The notes below the pieces were generated by a model. It worked only from the letters and a program-made list of their open reading frames with translations. It was not told where the DNA came from and did not search any database. Shown here piece by piece: positions 27,701-37,164 of a stretch of DNA of 64,000 bases (position 1 is its first letter; each line of letters starts with the position of its first letter). The position numbers and the translations under genes were made by a program. The stretch spans positions 36,226 through 100,225 of the IMG/VR virus record IMGVR_UViG_3300045391_004554. One strand, written 5' to 3'. The stretch comes from a virus.

Positions 27701-29411
27701 AGGTCGATGTTTTCTGATATTGGGTATTCAGATCGACACCCTGACGTGCCATACGTGCGATATATTTTCCAGCTGGCACATCAAACTCAAACTTTTGAAC
27801 TACAAATTTTCCCTGTGAATGAATGGTTTTTAATAGATCGGTCTGCTGATTATTCTGAGCATTAACCGAAAGTAGCTCCGTGAAATTTCCTTGTTTGTCA
27901 ATGATACCTTGTTTGCCTTCCGCGTAATAAGGAGTGCCAGCCAAGTAACAAATAAAATTCTTGCTATCGCCCAGCGTCAGCCCAAGATAATCATTGAACT
28001 GCGTATTAAACGCAAAACCCTGTATTGACCCTCCGTTATTAAAATTGGTAGTTATACCGCCATATCTTAACGTTGTGTCGCTTCCATTTGTCCAGATGAA
28101 CGCATTTGAGTCTATCTGGCCAAAAGGGCCCACGGTTGATAAAAAGGCATATAGCGTGATCTTGCGAGTCTTAACGACCGAATAACTTCCGACATCGGAA
28201 GGGGTATCCTGCACTGCCAAACTAAACTTGGCAAGCTCCGATTTCTCAAAATTATTATAGTTATAAAGATTATCCAAAAGCAGAATGGAATCCCCGGCAG
28301 CAGTTAACCCGATTGATACTAATGGCAAATCTGTCTGTATCCTATTGGCGTCATCCTGAACTGCAAGAGAAGTCTCTTTATCGCCACAATAAGTATACTC
28401 TATAGTATTATCAGTATGGTCATAATTCAACCCGGCCCATTGGCCATCCCTTAGCCAATATTGATCTGTATTACTACGCGGTCCGAACCGTTCTATAGTG
28501 TCATACAGATACCAGTCACCGCCGCATAATCTTTGGTAGAGAAGTACCCGCTCCACGAGTGCTGAGCCAACATTGATCTTGAGTTTCAGGCATCGTGGCA
28601 AACCACTTGCATTTAAATTACACGGATTGCTTTTTTGGATGAATGGTGAGCTGTATGGACCGAATACAGACGTACGATTGTCGGTATTCTGAAACTCAGC
28701 CGCAAATTGAATCGCTTTGTCGGTAATATTATTGGGTTTCCCTATGTCATCCGCAGTTGGATCGATAGCCGAAACTTCAATAGGAAACATGGGTGGCCTA
28801 ATCGCCAGGTCAATATACTCCTGCCTGTCAAACTGTGGTGGCCGCAAAGTATAGTAAGGGTACTGGCTGGCATCGTAGCCATTCGTAGCCACGGCTGCTT
28901 CGGTATCTATAAAACGCTGCCAACCGAACCCGTCAGTAAATACGAGGAATATCGCTTTAGCTTTCTTTGTTTTAGTTACAGGATCGTTCTCATAATACAC
29001 CCGAAGCGTAACACGATGCGGAGGAATACGATGTGCTGGATCATTGCTGAATGCCAATATGGGATCCACCATAACGATCTCCCATTTGAGTGTATCGCCA
29101 TTGATCCGGTAAATACCGTGAAAGTTATTCGAGTTCCAGTTGAAGTAATATATCTGGTTGGTTTCCTTGGACTCATAGGCGCCCATGGTCATATTCTTAC
29201 CGGCAGGCATTACACCTATGGAAGCTTTTTTATTAGACCGGATTGGCGTACCTAATCCGAAGTTACCCCCTTCACTACCATCAGCGTTGGCATTGAAAGT
29301 AACACGGTAGTTCTTTAAATAAAAAGCCTCATTCTCTGAGGTGTACTTTTCGCTTTTATCGGTAACGACATAAAGCGGTTTGCTCCTGGTAATGCGCTGC
29401 GCTTCTGCCAT
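24738..29411 (-). CDS. tail stabilisation/muzzle protein (crAss-like, P22 gp10-type)
   Basis: 1557 aa, beta-rich; FTFSIEQKQW..F.TFVPE.YG and FISFVNG.PYLHN C-terminal motifs; follows the ring genes. Confidence 0.7.
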   Translation of the reverse strand: MAEAQRITRSKPLYVVTDKSEKYTSENEAFYLKNYRVTFNANADGSEGGNFGLGTPIRSNKKASIGVMPAGKNMTMGAYESKETNQIYYFNWNSNNFHGIYRINGDTLKWEIVMVDPILAFSNDPAHRIPPHRVTLRVYYENDPVTKTKKAKAIFLVFTDGFGWQRFIDTEAAVATNGYDASQYPYYTLRPPQFDRQEYIDLAIRPPMFPIEVSAIDPTADDIGKPNNITDKAIQFAAEFQNTDNRTSVFGPYSSPFIQKSNPCNLNASGLPRCLKLKINVGSALVERVLLYQRLCGGDWYLYDTIERFGPRSNTDQYWLRDGQWAGLNYDHTDNTIEYTYCGDKETSLAVQDDANRIQTDLPLVSIGLTAAGDSILLLDNLYNYNNFEKSELAKFSLAVQDTPSDVGSYSVVKTRKITLYAFLSTVGPFGQIDSNAFIWTNGSDTTLRYGGITTNFNNGGSIQGFAFNTQFNDYLGLTLGDSKNFICYLAGTPYYAEGKQGIIDKQGNFTELLSVNAQNNQQTDLLKTIHSQGKFVVQKFEFDVPAGKYIARMARQGVDLNTQYQKTSTSIIGLANKNNINAMFGLSNWAGVNNFVKEIEVDVCTEDFDAWTTNNSLFYLFVPYVFQQSGNAGVFNNLWRFIEGYLQEDDTSLQPYERATYIKKAGLGGLAQYERSGKITDHNGYYFEYMAMGTAYKGEVQFIGLVNCNGPNILAETAIHLNAKQDNGYYQENISVADFLGGPLGPCMQIKIRGTVLDCKTGAPIAGVGVTLTQGATAYTGIDGAFEIIAHDGNAAYQGRIYANVSGSCLMQTCAASCLDVQPYDSNIVGCNSCVERIYPATFNFSFTFADQNVNSIKEGGRYGVSVQGWDRAGRVQYANFIGYIDAPSFPQKGNFNPMQIVVNLLQDLILPNDLAYISFSVTKELTNKKYLHWVGDAISFLDKDGNILADGNGAVRAKISIQSLLDYNKQNNFSTTVEYQQVPGDFVRIYDDGNGNLFDPAKNNGYLDFQVLGSDFNQSVQEESTSTSTTDETTGITTTNNVNATITGSDIFIAFDKRLLALSKQCGFWIQLSTPSNGEEEEAYFEVPGMYFTSEGKILAKQFVLNAFDTYYQNRSLNISKCTGKAILHPFMSSSVSDFWGANCSSLGRVLVKNNQAMQQWYPDDVIKSDEFVNQGQINGFGTWRGSNRKQFKGQERGGIVAGHAQNKLIVFICQSDWFMTDYDLQLVRSTSAGLIVASADNIIGDPQQKKESMFGCEYADTGTIQFIEGDKNYVVWADSKKEAIALCDYRTAIDIADLGVKSYFSDKFNYQRNYNNSLDPATILSNLMELTVGVNPKYKEISFSFRKRKNSSTQVNDFVNTERETFTELNETFTFSIEQKQWARFETFVPEFYGMLQKSISGNEFISFVNGVPYLHNSKDVDTFNEFYGVSDSQVIDLSFYPKEERDLTYQCIIITSPVVKFFVDKIKTNHPNLYSYVAPFWVRKRQNKFYSTLLRNMGSYPSNQNDSPSMIVDRGGKIAGEYCRIRLVRDVTQLNSYSEIDHILMQHISTSGK

Positions 29412-29413
29412 TA

Positions 29414-30490
29414 TTAAAAATCATTGTTAAAATGTCCGTGTTCATAATACTGATCGTCCAGATGGGATTGACCGCGATACGCCACGAGTTTCCTACCATA
29501 ATAGTATTCGTAGAAATCCTTCAACGTCATCCTGTTGATGTTTCTCCTAAAGACAACCACAGCCCTTGAATGCTCATTTTCCCATTTAGCAACTTCACGG
29601 TCACTTGCTTTTTTATCCCACAATACAAGTTCTTTCTTTAAGCCGGTCATAAAAGCCTTCAGGCCCAAACGCGGAATAAGAATATCTTTTGTTTTTATAG
29701 TCGCATAATAACGTAGCACGATCTTATCCCAAAGAAATTTTTCAGGCAGAATCAACCGGTTACCATCCTGCGAAATATTGTAGGTCGTTTTACGCTCTTT
29801 GTAATATTCAGGATGGGAACAACCACACTCATGAGTAAAGCTAATTCCGCAACAATTAGCCTCCAGCTGAGTTCTGTTATGTTCACATTCGACCAGACAA
29901 CCGCACTCCTTAACTTCCAGTTTGCAGATAAACGACTGAGTGACTTCCATACGGGTATCCGTCCAGGTTCCATTATCGTATACTCTAACCGGTTCGCCTA
30001 TTTCCTGGAAAAACGAGCCGTCCGGATTTACATATTTACGGGTATACTTGGTAAAGGTTTTCGGAGTATTGTTCGGAAGATCCATAGTCACCTGCTCAGT
30101 AATGGTCTCATAGTCTTTAATAGCTGAGCACAACGAATATTTGCATCCGCATTCGCAACCGCAATCATGATCCAGCGAAACATCTACCACGTCATCCTTT
30201 AACTTATCATTGAACACCAGTGGCTTGAAACTACCGTCCCTGTCAACATAGTCCAGCGTGGCAAAATCAAAAAAGTCATCTGGAAGCGGTAATACCGGAA
30301 GATGAGGATTCAATTTTATCACAACCCGTTTGGTATCTTTTATTACAGCAAGATTAAGGCTTTCATAAACCTCTTTAGCAACTTCAAAATATTGCAGGCG
30401 CTTTGTGGCCGAGAAGTCTCCTTCCCTGGACATGATAGATTTGACCGCATCCGCAACTTTGCTAAATCTTCCTGTATTAAAGTTTTCCAT
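29414..30490 (-). CDS. tail ring/tubular protein, Cys-rich insertion
   Basis: LPLPDDFFD motif, YNIS..GNRLIL...IVLRYYA; crAss-like ring position. Confidence 0.55.
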   Translation of the reverse strand: MENFNTGRFSKVADAVKSIMSREGDFSATKRLQYFEVAKEVYESLNLAVIKDTKRVVIKLNPHLPVLPLPDDFFDFATLDYVDRDGSFKPLVFNDKLKDDVVDVSLDHDCGCECGCKYSLCSAIKDYETITEQVTMDLPNNTPKTFTKYTRKYVNPDGSFFQEIGEPVRVYDNGTWTDTRMEVTQSFICKLEVKECGCLVECEHNRTQLEANCCGISFTHECGCSHPEYYKERKTTYNISQDGNRLILPEKFLWDKIVLRYYATIKTKDILIPRLGLKAFMTGLKKELVLWDKKASDREVAKWENEHSRAVVVFRRNINRMTLKDFYEYYYGRKLVAYRGQSHLDDQYYEHGHFNNDF

Positions 30491-30687
30491 TACTGACCCT
30501 GTGATATTACTGCAGCCATCAGTTTACAAACTGTCTGGCAATCGTTACTTTGTATGGCCTGCGCTATTTGCGCTGCCACATCGGCGGGGATCGTCAACCC
30601 TCCCTGCTGTTGTGATTGATCCTGTGGTGCATCTGCATCCGGATCTTGTTGCTGCGCATAGGCGCTCTGTAAATCAAATCCTGCCAT
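30490..30687 (-). CDS. small Gln-rich hypothetical protein
   Basis: ORF track; coupled to the neighbouring gene. Confidence 0.55.
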   Translation of the reverse strand: MAGFDLQSAYAQQQDPDADAPQDQSQQQGGLTIPADVAAQIAQAIQSNDCQTVCKLMAAVISQGQ

Positions 30688-30708
30688 TGATTAAAAGTTT
30701 AATATACA

Positions 30709-31365
30709 TTATGCTACCTGGGCAGCTGATATTTTGGAGTTTATTTGCTGTACGTTAGGGTTCTGATCATCGGTTTTATCAACGGGGAATCCCTCTACAC
30801 GTAATACTATACCCAACACATCATTGATCATATCCCACGCGATATCCTCCGGTACATCAACATCGTCGTCGTCGGCCACATAAACCATTTCTACCTGTTC
30901 AACATCCGACCCGAACAAACGTATCTCATTGCTTGACATGATATAAATTAATTCGCCGGTATCGTCCAGAAATTCGTTGGTGCAAAACATAAACTCTGAG
31001 CCAGCTGGTGCCTTTGAAAAATTGATGCTGTAATCGATCTTCCCTCCATCGTTGATCGGCGTGATCCGGATCACACCATTACCATCAGGCAACTTAACGA
31101 TCTTCGTTACATCGAAATCAATATCAACCGTTAATATACCCCGATCACTCTTAGCTGTTTTAAACTCTGCTGCACGAATCTGGTCACCTACAAACGCAGA
31201 TACATTTCCCTGCTGTCTCTCCTGGATATACCTGGCACGAACAACCGAACCTTTAGCCGCACGGCACAGCACGATAAAGTCACGACGATCTATTTTATGA
31301 CGTGATTTTACTACGCCATTATTATAGACATCATTGATAACATCAGCTATTACCAGCAACTTCAT
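30709..31365 (-). CDS. tail ring protein
   Basis: Size and position; C-terminal DKTDD.N motif typical of crAss ring proteins. Confidence 0.5.
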   Translation of the reverse strand: MKLLVIADVINDVYNNGVVKSRHKIDRRDFIVLCRAAKGSVVRARYIQERQQGNVSAFVGDQIRAAEFKTAKSDRGILTVDIDFDVTKIVKLPDGNGVIRITPINDGGKIDYSINFSKAPAGSEFMFCTNEFLDDTGELIYIMSSNEIRLFGSDVEQVEMVYVADDDDVDVPEDIAWDMINDVLGIVLRVEGFPVDKTDDQNPNVQQINSKISAAQVA

Positions 31366-31979
31366 GTGCGCGATTTAAAGATTAAAAAGTTGACATAAGA
31401 TAAGGAAATTATATCTGCTATCAATAATAAAAAGGTGTAAATGTTCCACTGGAAAAATATCGAAGCGACGATGCAAAATGTCAAACCGCCCCAAAAAGAC
31501 GACATACAAATAATACATCCTATCAATGGCTTTCTTAAATATTTCGAGAATACATATTCATCCTCTTCCTTATAGAAAGCAATTCTTCTGTTCATCTGAT
31601 CGTACTGCATTTTACCGCCGTAGAATTCTTTTATCCAGTTTTCTGCTGGCAATGTGCTACCATTGCCGACAACACGCCAACCTCTTACATGAAAGCCATC
31701 CTGCCAAAAATCATCCCAAATCACTACTAGTCCATTGTCCCTGGGGAAGGTAGTAGTATCCAGTACTTCTTTAGCAAAATACCTTCGGCGTTTTTCAGTC
31801 TTGTGAAGAAACTTATAAATCGGATAAAATATCATTTCACTATCGTCATCCGTTCCGTCTATTCTCTTGGTTGTTTTTCCTTTGGCGGAAATAAATATAC
31901 CATTGATGAAAATTGCCTGAATGAATAGGAAAAGTATCCAGTCAAGTAAACAAACGAAAATATCTGCCGCAGTTCCCAT
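31362..31979 (-). CDS. membrane protein with a CxxC motif (DUF1360-like)
   Basis: KPLIGCIICMSSFWG with flanking TM segments. Confidence 0.55.
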   Translation of the reverse strand: MGTAADIFVCLLDWILFLFIQAIFINGIFISAKGKTTKRIDGTDDDSEMIFYPIYKFLHKTEKRRRYFAKEVLDTTTFPRDNGLVVIWDDFWQDGFHVRGWRVVGNGSTLPAENWIKEFYGGKMQYDQMNRRIAFYKEEDEYVFSKYLRKPLIGCIICMSSFWGGLTFCIVASIFFQWNIYTFLLLIADIISLSYVNFLIFKSRT

Positions 31980-31980
31980 A

Positions 31981-32454
31981 TTATTTTGATTTTACAAGTG
32001 CCATATAGTCTACAGCAGGATTCTTGTGATTAGCAATCAGCTGTTTAAGCATATCCGAATCTTCAGGGCCAAACATAGGCACCTCTCCCGGCTTAGCAAT
32101 ATTACGTCCAAGTATTGCGTTGATCTTAGGATCTCCCTTCGCGCGTAATACGGCGATATCAGACCCAGCAAGGTTACCATTTGGATAGGTACGGTAATAT
32201 TGCGGTTCAGCATCGTAGTCGACTGGGTTATGAGCCCATCCGCCAAGCCAATTAGCAAACTCCGGGAAGTTGCTCCACTTCATGCCATCCTTGTTGAACT
32301 TTTCCATGTCGTCCTTAGAAATACGAACTCCATATTTCCCTATAACGACGTTTGGATCGGCAGTCATTTTATAATTCATACTGTCGCCTGGGCCATCGTC
32401 TGCGGATGGCTTCTTTAACAATACTGATTTGTAATAGTCGTCTGTTGGCTGCAT
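31981..32454 (-). CDS. hypothetical protein
   Basis: ORF track. Confidence 0.55.
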   Translation of the reverse strand: MQPTDDYYKSVLLKKPSADDGPGDSMNYKMTADPNVVIGKYGVRISKDDMEKFNKDGMKWSNFPEFANWLGGWAHNPVDYDAEPQYYRTYPNGNLAGSDIAVLRAKGDPKINAILGRNIAKPGEVPMFGPEDSDMLKQLIANHKNPAVDYMALVKSK

Positions 32455-32465
32455 AAAACTACACT

Positions 32466-33233
32466 TTAAAATAAACCAATCTTCTTTAACTCCTGACCAC
32501 CATCACGCAACTCCCCGTCCCTGGCAAATATAGAATATAAGGTGTACAATCCCTTATAAATATAAGCATGCGCATTGTCGCGCCATTCGCTTTCAACTGC
32601 TCCTTTCATATCCGGATCATAAGAGTAACTCTCATCCGGGTTCATCGAATAACCATAGCGGTATGTTTTCGGCATACGAATATAACGAAGCTCCACGAAA
32701 GGAATGTCAGGTGGCAAAACTTTTATGCTTGACCCTTCAAAATCGCATCCTATAGGATCGATCAGCGTTGGCATTTTAAAAGAATGAGTGGTGAGGTCAT
32801 TGTATTCATCAACATCAACCACGTCAAGATCCTGACATACGACATGTTTCCTTGCAGCCATTTCCTTTAACTGATCGTCAGTTGGAACTTCGCCATCCTT
32901 AATATCTTCAGGCAAACAGAAACGGGTTTTCTTAGGATCGTTCTTATCTTCCAGGAAGATCCCTCCGCCGGTAAAATGACGATAGTCATCAGGAAGTTCG
33001 ATTACACCAAACTGGACAGGCACAAGCTTCTTTGCCATGAACGGCTTGAGAAGATCGACAACGCTACGGTTTTCCGGATAAACCTTAACGCATTCATCCA
33101 TTAGCCATGAACTCACCAGATTATAATGCGTGTCAAACACATGGATAGGGTAATGTTGATTCTGCTCTGCATTTGCTGTCGATAAAACAGCCTGCAAAGA
33201 CCTATCCATGGAAAGAACCGGAATTTCGTTCAT
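32466..33233 (-). CDS. head-tail adaptor/ring protein (P22 gp4-like)
   Basis: LPDDYRH, LRYIRMPK...YGY motifs seen in crAss-like ring proteins. Confidence 0.6.
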   Translation of the reverse strand: MNEIPVLSMDRSLQAVLSTANAEQNQHYPIHVFDTHYNLVSSWLMDECVKVYPENRSVVDLLKPFMAKKLVPVQFGVIELPDDYRHFTGGGIFLEDKNDPKKTRFCLPEDIKDGEVPTDDQLKEMAARKHVVCQDLDVVDVDEYNDLTTHSFKMPTLIDPIGCDFEGSSIKVLPPDIPFVELRYIRMPKTYRYGYSMNPDESYSYDPDMKGAVESEWRDNAHAYIYKGLYTLYSIFARDGELRDGGQELKKIGLF

Positions 33234-33245
33234 TTATAAAATATT

Positions 33246-36104
33246 TTACGGCGTATCGATTTCTATACTTAATACATCCGGAGCGCTTACACCGCCGGTA
33301 GGCACCGTCAATGTAATATCCGATAATCCTGATAACGGTTGACTATCTAAAACAGTAGTACTATTCTTAACCAGTTTCAAATGAGCCGTTGGCGGACCTA
33401 AAGTTCCACTTGGGGTCACCACTATACTGCCTGCAGATACGGCTGCAGTATAGTCAGCTTTACTGGTGGAAACAACGACACCGGTAAAGCTAGCAGGAAT
33501 CCCTGTCGCAGAACCTCCGGTAATTTGCAAGGCTATACCATATCCGGCCCAAACGTAGAAGTTATTTACCGTTCCACTGGAAACAGGGACCGTAATAGTA
33601 GGCATCCAGTCGCTCACAAACCTTGGCGATGAAGTATTGTCACACACGGCACGCACCTGGAATGAATATGTTCCTGTCACCCCTGTTGGTATCGGAATAT
33701 TAAAGTTACCGCCCGGCGCACCAAAATCATTAATAACCGTGGTCTGACCACCAGTTGGATCAGTCATCAATACTTCTACAATAGTTTGGGATCCCGAAAG
33801 TGCAACCTGGACGCCGAAGTTCGCGCCATTTAAGCCTATATTAACAGATAGCGGAACCACGCAACCATTTGGCGACGCGCCTGATACCCATGGAGAGTAT
33901 ACACCATTTGAACATAGCTTACGCACCTGAACCTCGTATTGAGCGTTAGTAAGCCCTCCGGAACCTATTGCTATTGGCAATGCACCTGCAGTTGTATTTA
34001 CCTGGGTGAAGGTCAATCCTGAATTGGCTATCCTGTAACGTACCTGGATGACCGTTGAACCATCACCGGTATCGTTTGCATCAACAGTTAATGTGCCTGA
34101 AGCAAATACTCCTGAAACGTTCGTTACTGGTGCACAAACAGCCCCAGCGCATCCCTGAGATATACCACATAGCTGAGATGCCAAGTCTGAACTTGCTGTA
34201 ATTTTTGTCAATATAATTGAAGCCAACTCATCATAACTAACCTTTGCACATGATCCCCCCTTGGTACCGAGTATGCCATCGGTCGAAACCAGCATTTTGT
34301 CTACCGTACCAAAAAGCGAATTGATATTCACGCAACTTAATCCGGCTGCATTTAACCTGGTAAATAATTGCTGCTGAGCCAGGATCATGTTTTTCAGCAC
34401 GTCACTTAACTTTGCAGCCTGATCAATAGTGATTTTATTGACAGCCGAGTAATCACTGTTGAAGCTATACTGCTGCAATCCTGCCACACCGAACGCAATT
34501 TCAGTCGTGTCCAAAGCACAAACATAATCGAATAACAGCTGAAGTAAATCCACCAGGGATTTTGTATTCGTTGAAAATAAATAGGTCTTCGTTGAGGTAT
34601 TTCCGGAAACGACCGTGCTTACCGTCAGGGTAGAAACTTTGAATGTATTAGCCAGAGACTGAATAGTAACGGTTCCAGCCGTGTCATCCTCATTGACTGT
34701 AAAGGTTCCTTTTGAAAGACTATTAAGCCAAGTAGATATACCAGAAGGGTTCAACAATGAAAGTCCATCAGGCGCGGCCACACTTGCTCCATCAATAAAT
34801 ATCGCAGTTATAGTCTGAACGCCGCTTTCATTGATCGGAACTGCCAATATATAATCGGCACTTGAAAGATCGATGATGCATTTTCCGTCAAAGCTATTGA
34901 GCGCATCCTGGAAAAGTGTCTTATCAACTATGGCATTGAATAAGGATTTAAGATTATCATCCTCATCAATAGCCACCAAAATATTTTCAGCCAGCACACC
35001 ATAATTCAAGGAGATTGCATAGATGTTTTGACAACCCGACTGCGTTAAAATGACATTAAAGGCCAAGTCATCATTGTCATTAGTAACAGCTGTAGTTGCA
35101 CCACTGATCGTGTAAGTGGTATTGCTTCCTTCCGTTACTACATCTACGTCAATTCCGCATCCAGCGGCTACTACAATAGTTTGAGTAGCATCTACCGTGC
35201 GCGGAGAAATTAATTGCGCTCCGCAATTACAGTCACATCCAAGAATGTCAGCTATTTTCAGTATTTCTTCCGAACTCGAAAGCCCTATTTTTTCTTTTGA
35301 TAGGGCCAGATAAACATAAGGTGATATTATGTCTAATTGAGCTTTAGCCGATTTGCCACGTTCAGTATTGGGCCATTGCTGGTAAATGTCAGTGACTGCT
35401 TCTATACAACAAATCACGCTGGCCAGACCGGTATTGCAATTTACCGAAAAGTTAAGTTTAGTAATATATTGAAGCTCCAGGAAAATCCCATCCTGAAGAT
35501 CGTAAGTTGCAGTAGTTGTATTTTTTACAATATAGTCTCCGGTATAAACAGAATCCGATCCGGAGATTAAGAAAGGTGTGACTGTAAATGCCTGTGAATC
35601 TAAGGTGCCCTGAGGGTAATAGAAATTTCCCGATTTAGATACAATTACCGGCGACTTGCCATTATAAGATAAATTTGTAGTTTCTGTTATTTTTATACTT
35701 GGTGAATCGCAGTTGATATCTGCAGTTAATTGTCCTGGAATGGTACCATTTTGAATCGCTGCCGCTTCACAAATATTTTTCTTTACTTCTACAGTAGTTA
35801 ATGTTCCATCCTGGTCCTTTAAGGTAGCAGTGATCTGCCACCATCCGAACATAAAAAGATTGTTTGGAATGGATACTGTCTTCGTATGCCCGGCAAGTGT
35901 AATGTCCGGAGAGTTAAAATCAATATCCTTGATCGTAATGCCGCTTGGATCTACAACTTTAAAAAATATACCTTGTATGGTGCCGCTTGGTTTAAAACTA
36001 GTATAACCATCAATGACAAATAATATTTGCTTGCTGGCTAATTTAAACGTAGCTCCGAATCCGAAGTTTACAATATTATCCGAGTTTACTGGAACTGGGT
36101 TCAT
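33246..36104 (-). CDS. large Cys-rich virion protein with C-terminal FN3/Ig-like repeats
   Basis: YEVQVRKLCS and YSFQVRAVCD FN3-like ends; CDCNCG and VICCIE motifs. Confidence 0.6.
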   Translation of the reverse strand: MNPVPVNSDNIVNFGFGATFKLASKQILFVIDGYTSFKPSGTIQGIFFKVVDPSGITIKDIDFNSPDITLAGHTKTVSIPNNLFMFGWWQITATLKDQDGTLTTVEVKKNICEAAAIQNGTIPGQLTADINCDSPSIKITETTNLSYNGKSPVIVSKSGNFYYPQGTLDSQAFTVTPFLISGSDSVYTGDYIVKNTTTATYDLQDGIFLELQYITKLNFSVNCNTGLASVICCIEAVTDIYQQWPNTERGKSAKAQLDIISPYVYLALSKEKIGLSSSEEILKIADILGCDCNCGAQLISPRTVDATQTIVVAAGCGIDVDVVTEGSNTTYTISGATTAVTNDNDDLAFNVILTQSGCQNIYAISLNYGVLAENILVAIDEDDNLKSLFNAIVDKTLFQDALNSFDGKCIIDLSSADYILAVPINESGVQTITAIFIDGASVAAPDGLSLLNPSGISTWLNSLSKGTFTVNEDDTAGTVTIQSLANTFKVSTLTVSTVVSGNTSTKTYLFSTNTKSLVDLLQLLFDYVCALDTTEIAFGVAGLQQYSFNSDYSAVNKITIDQAAKLSDVLKNMILAQQQLFTRLNAAGLSCVNINSLFGTVDKMLVSTDGILGTKGGSCAKVSYDELASIILTKITASSDLASQLCGISQGCAGAVCAPVTNVSGVFASGTLTVDANDTGDGSTVIQVRYRIANSGLTFTQVNTTAGALPIAIGSGGLTNAQYEVQVRKLCSNGVYSPWVSGASPNGCVVPLSVNIGLNGANFGVQVALSGSQTIVEVLMTDPTGGQTTVINDFGAPGGNFNIPIPTGVTGTYSFQVRAVCDNTSSPRFVSDWMPTITVPVSSGTVNNFYVWAGYGIALQITGGSATGIPASFTGVVVSTSKADYTAAVSAGSIVVTPSGTLGPPTAHLKLVKNSTTVLDSQPLSGLSDITLTVPTGGVSAPDVLSIEIDTP

Positions 36105-36126
36105 CTTTTCAGGATTATAGGAATTT

Positions 36127-36170
36127 AAAAAAAGGGACTGGAGAATGGTTACCCGCTCAGCCAGCCCCCT
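36127..36170 (-). terminator. terminator closing the capsid operon
   Basis: GGGGCTGG...CCAGTCCC-TTTTTTT on the minus strand. Confidence 0.55.
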
Positions 36171-36228
36171 CTGGGTTGGGAAGAATACTACACCTGGTGA
36201 AGGGGTAGAATCTTTGGCAATTCAGCTG

Positions 36229-36303
36229 CTAATTCCCTCCGCAATTGCAGCCACCGGTTCCGGTGCCGTCTTTTCCGCCGTCTTTCAAAATCACATTTTT
36301 CAT
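36229..36303 (-). CDS. 24-aa Gly/Cys peptide, not in the ORF track
   Basis: MKNVILKDGGKDGTGTGGCNCGGN. Confidence 0.4.
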   Translation of the reverse strand: MKNVILKDGGKDGTGTGGCNCGGN

Positions 36304-36345
36304 GATCGTCGTTATAAAATTAATAATATGGTTAAAAACTCTCTA

Positions 36346-37146
36346 TTAATTATAGGTGATCGTTAAGATCGCCCCATACACAGAAGTAGTGGTTAAAGTA
36401 ACCACACCTGATGCCTGCGTAAAGGTACCGCCTGGCGTTGTCCCCATGGCAGTATTTGCAGCTGTTACCACTCCGGCCAAAGTCGTCGCCTGGACGCTAG
36501 GATAGATGGTGCCATCGGCATTAACAGTCAACACATAGTTTGTCATGCCACCTGGCAACGCACCTACAGTATTCGAGTTGAATACGCGTGCGGTTTCGCC
36601 GGTCAGCAAGTCGGCAGTTGATGAATGCAGCACATCCGGACCTAGCGGAACAGGATCCTTATACGATGAGAACGTATAGGTAGCGCGGCCACTGGTATAA
36701 CCGGTCCGTAACAACGTGCCCGGAATGATATACTTCATATAATCCAGGTTAAAATCCTGGAACGCTACGGCACCATTATCCTCTTCGCGGGTCATGGTAT
36801 AGGTTGCGGCAACCGGCGGAATATAGGCCGGAATGCTGTCATAAGCAGAAGCAAGACTTGGCGTAGATCCGCAACATGCATTACATGCGTTGATCACTAA
36901 ATCGACTGTCGCGACATTGAGCAACGTACCAAGTCCGTCAATTGACACCCAAACGCCTTGCAGCGCATTGATATCATTCGGATTGGTAAAGGTCACCTTA
37001 TACTGCTCAATCCCGTCACTTTGCACCAGCCATGCCAAACGCGGAGTGCCCTGCATTAAGGCGCAGTTGAAGGATTGCAGAGTTGTACAGTTGCCCAGGA
37101 ACTCTTCGTTCTGATAAAGGACACTGGCTTTAAAAATAACTCCCAT
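36346..37146 (-). CDS. auxiliary capsid/decoration protein
   Basis: Thr/Ala/Gly-rich beta protein two genes after MCP, the crAss-like position. Confidence 0.5.
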   Translation of the reverse strand: MGVIFKASVLYQNEEFLGNCTTLQSFNCALMQGTPRLAWLVQSDGIEQYKVTFTNPNDINALQGVWVSIDGLGTLLNVATVDLVINACNACCGSTPSLASAYDSIPAYIPPVAATYTMTREEDNGAVAFQDFNLDYMKYIIPGTLLRTGYTSGRATYTFSSYKDPVPLGPDVLHSSTADLLTGETARVFNSNTVGALPGGMTNYVLTVNADGTIYPSVQATTLAGVVTAANTAMGTTPGGTFTQASGVVTLTTTSVYGAILTITYN

Positions 37147-37164
37147 TTCTTTATGGTTTTAATA

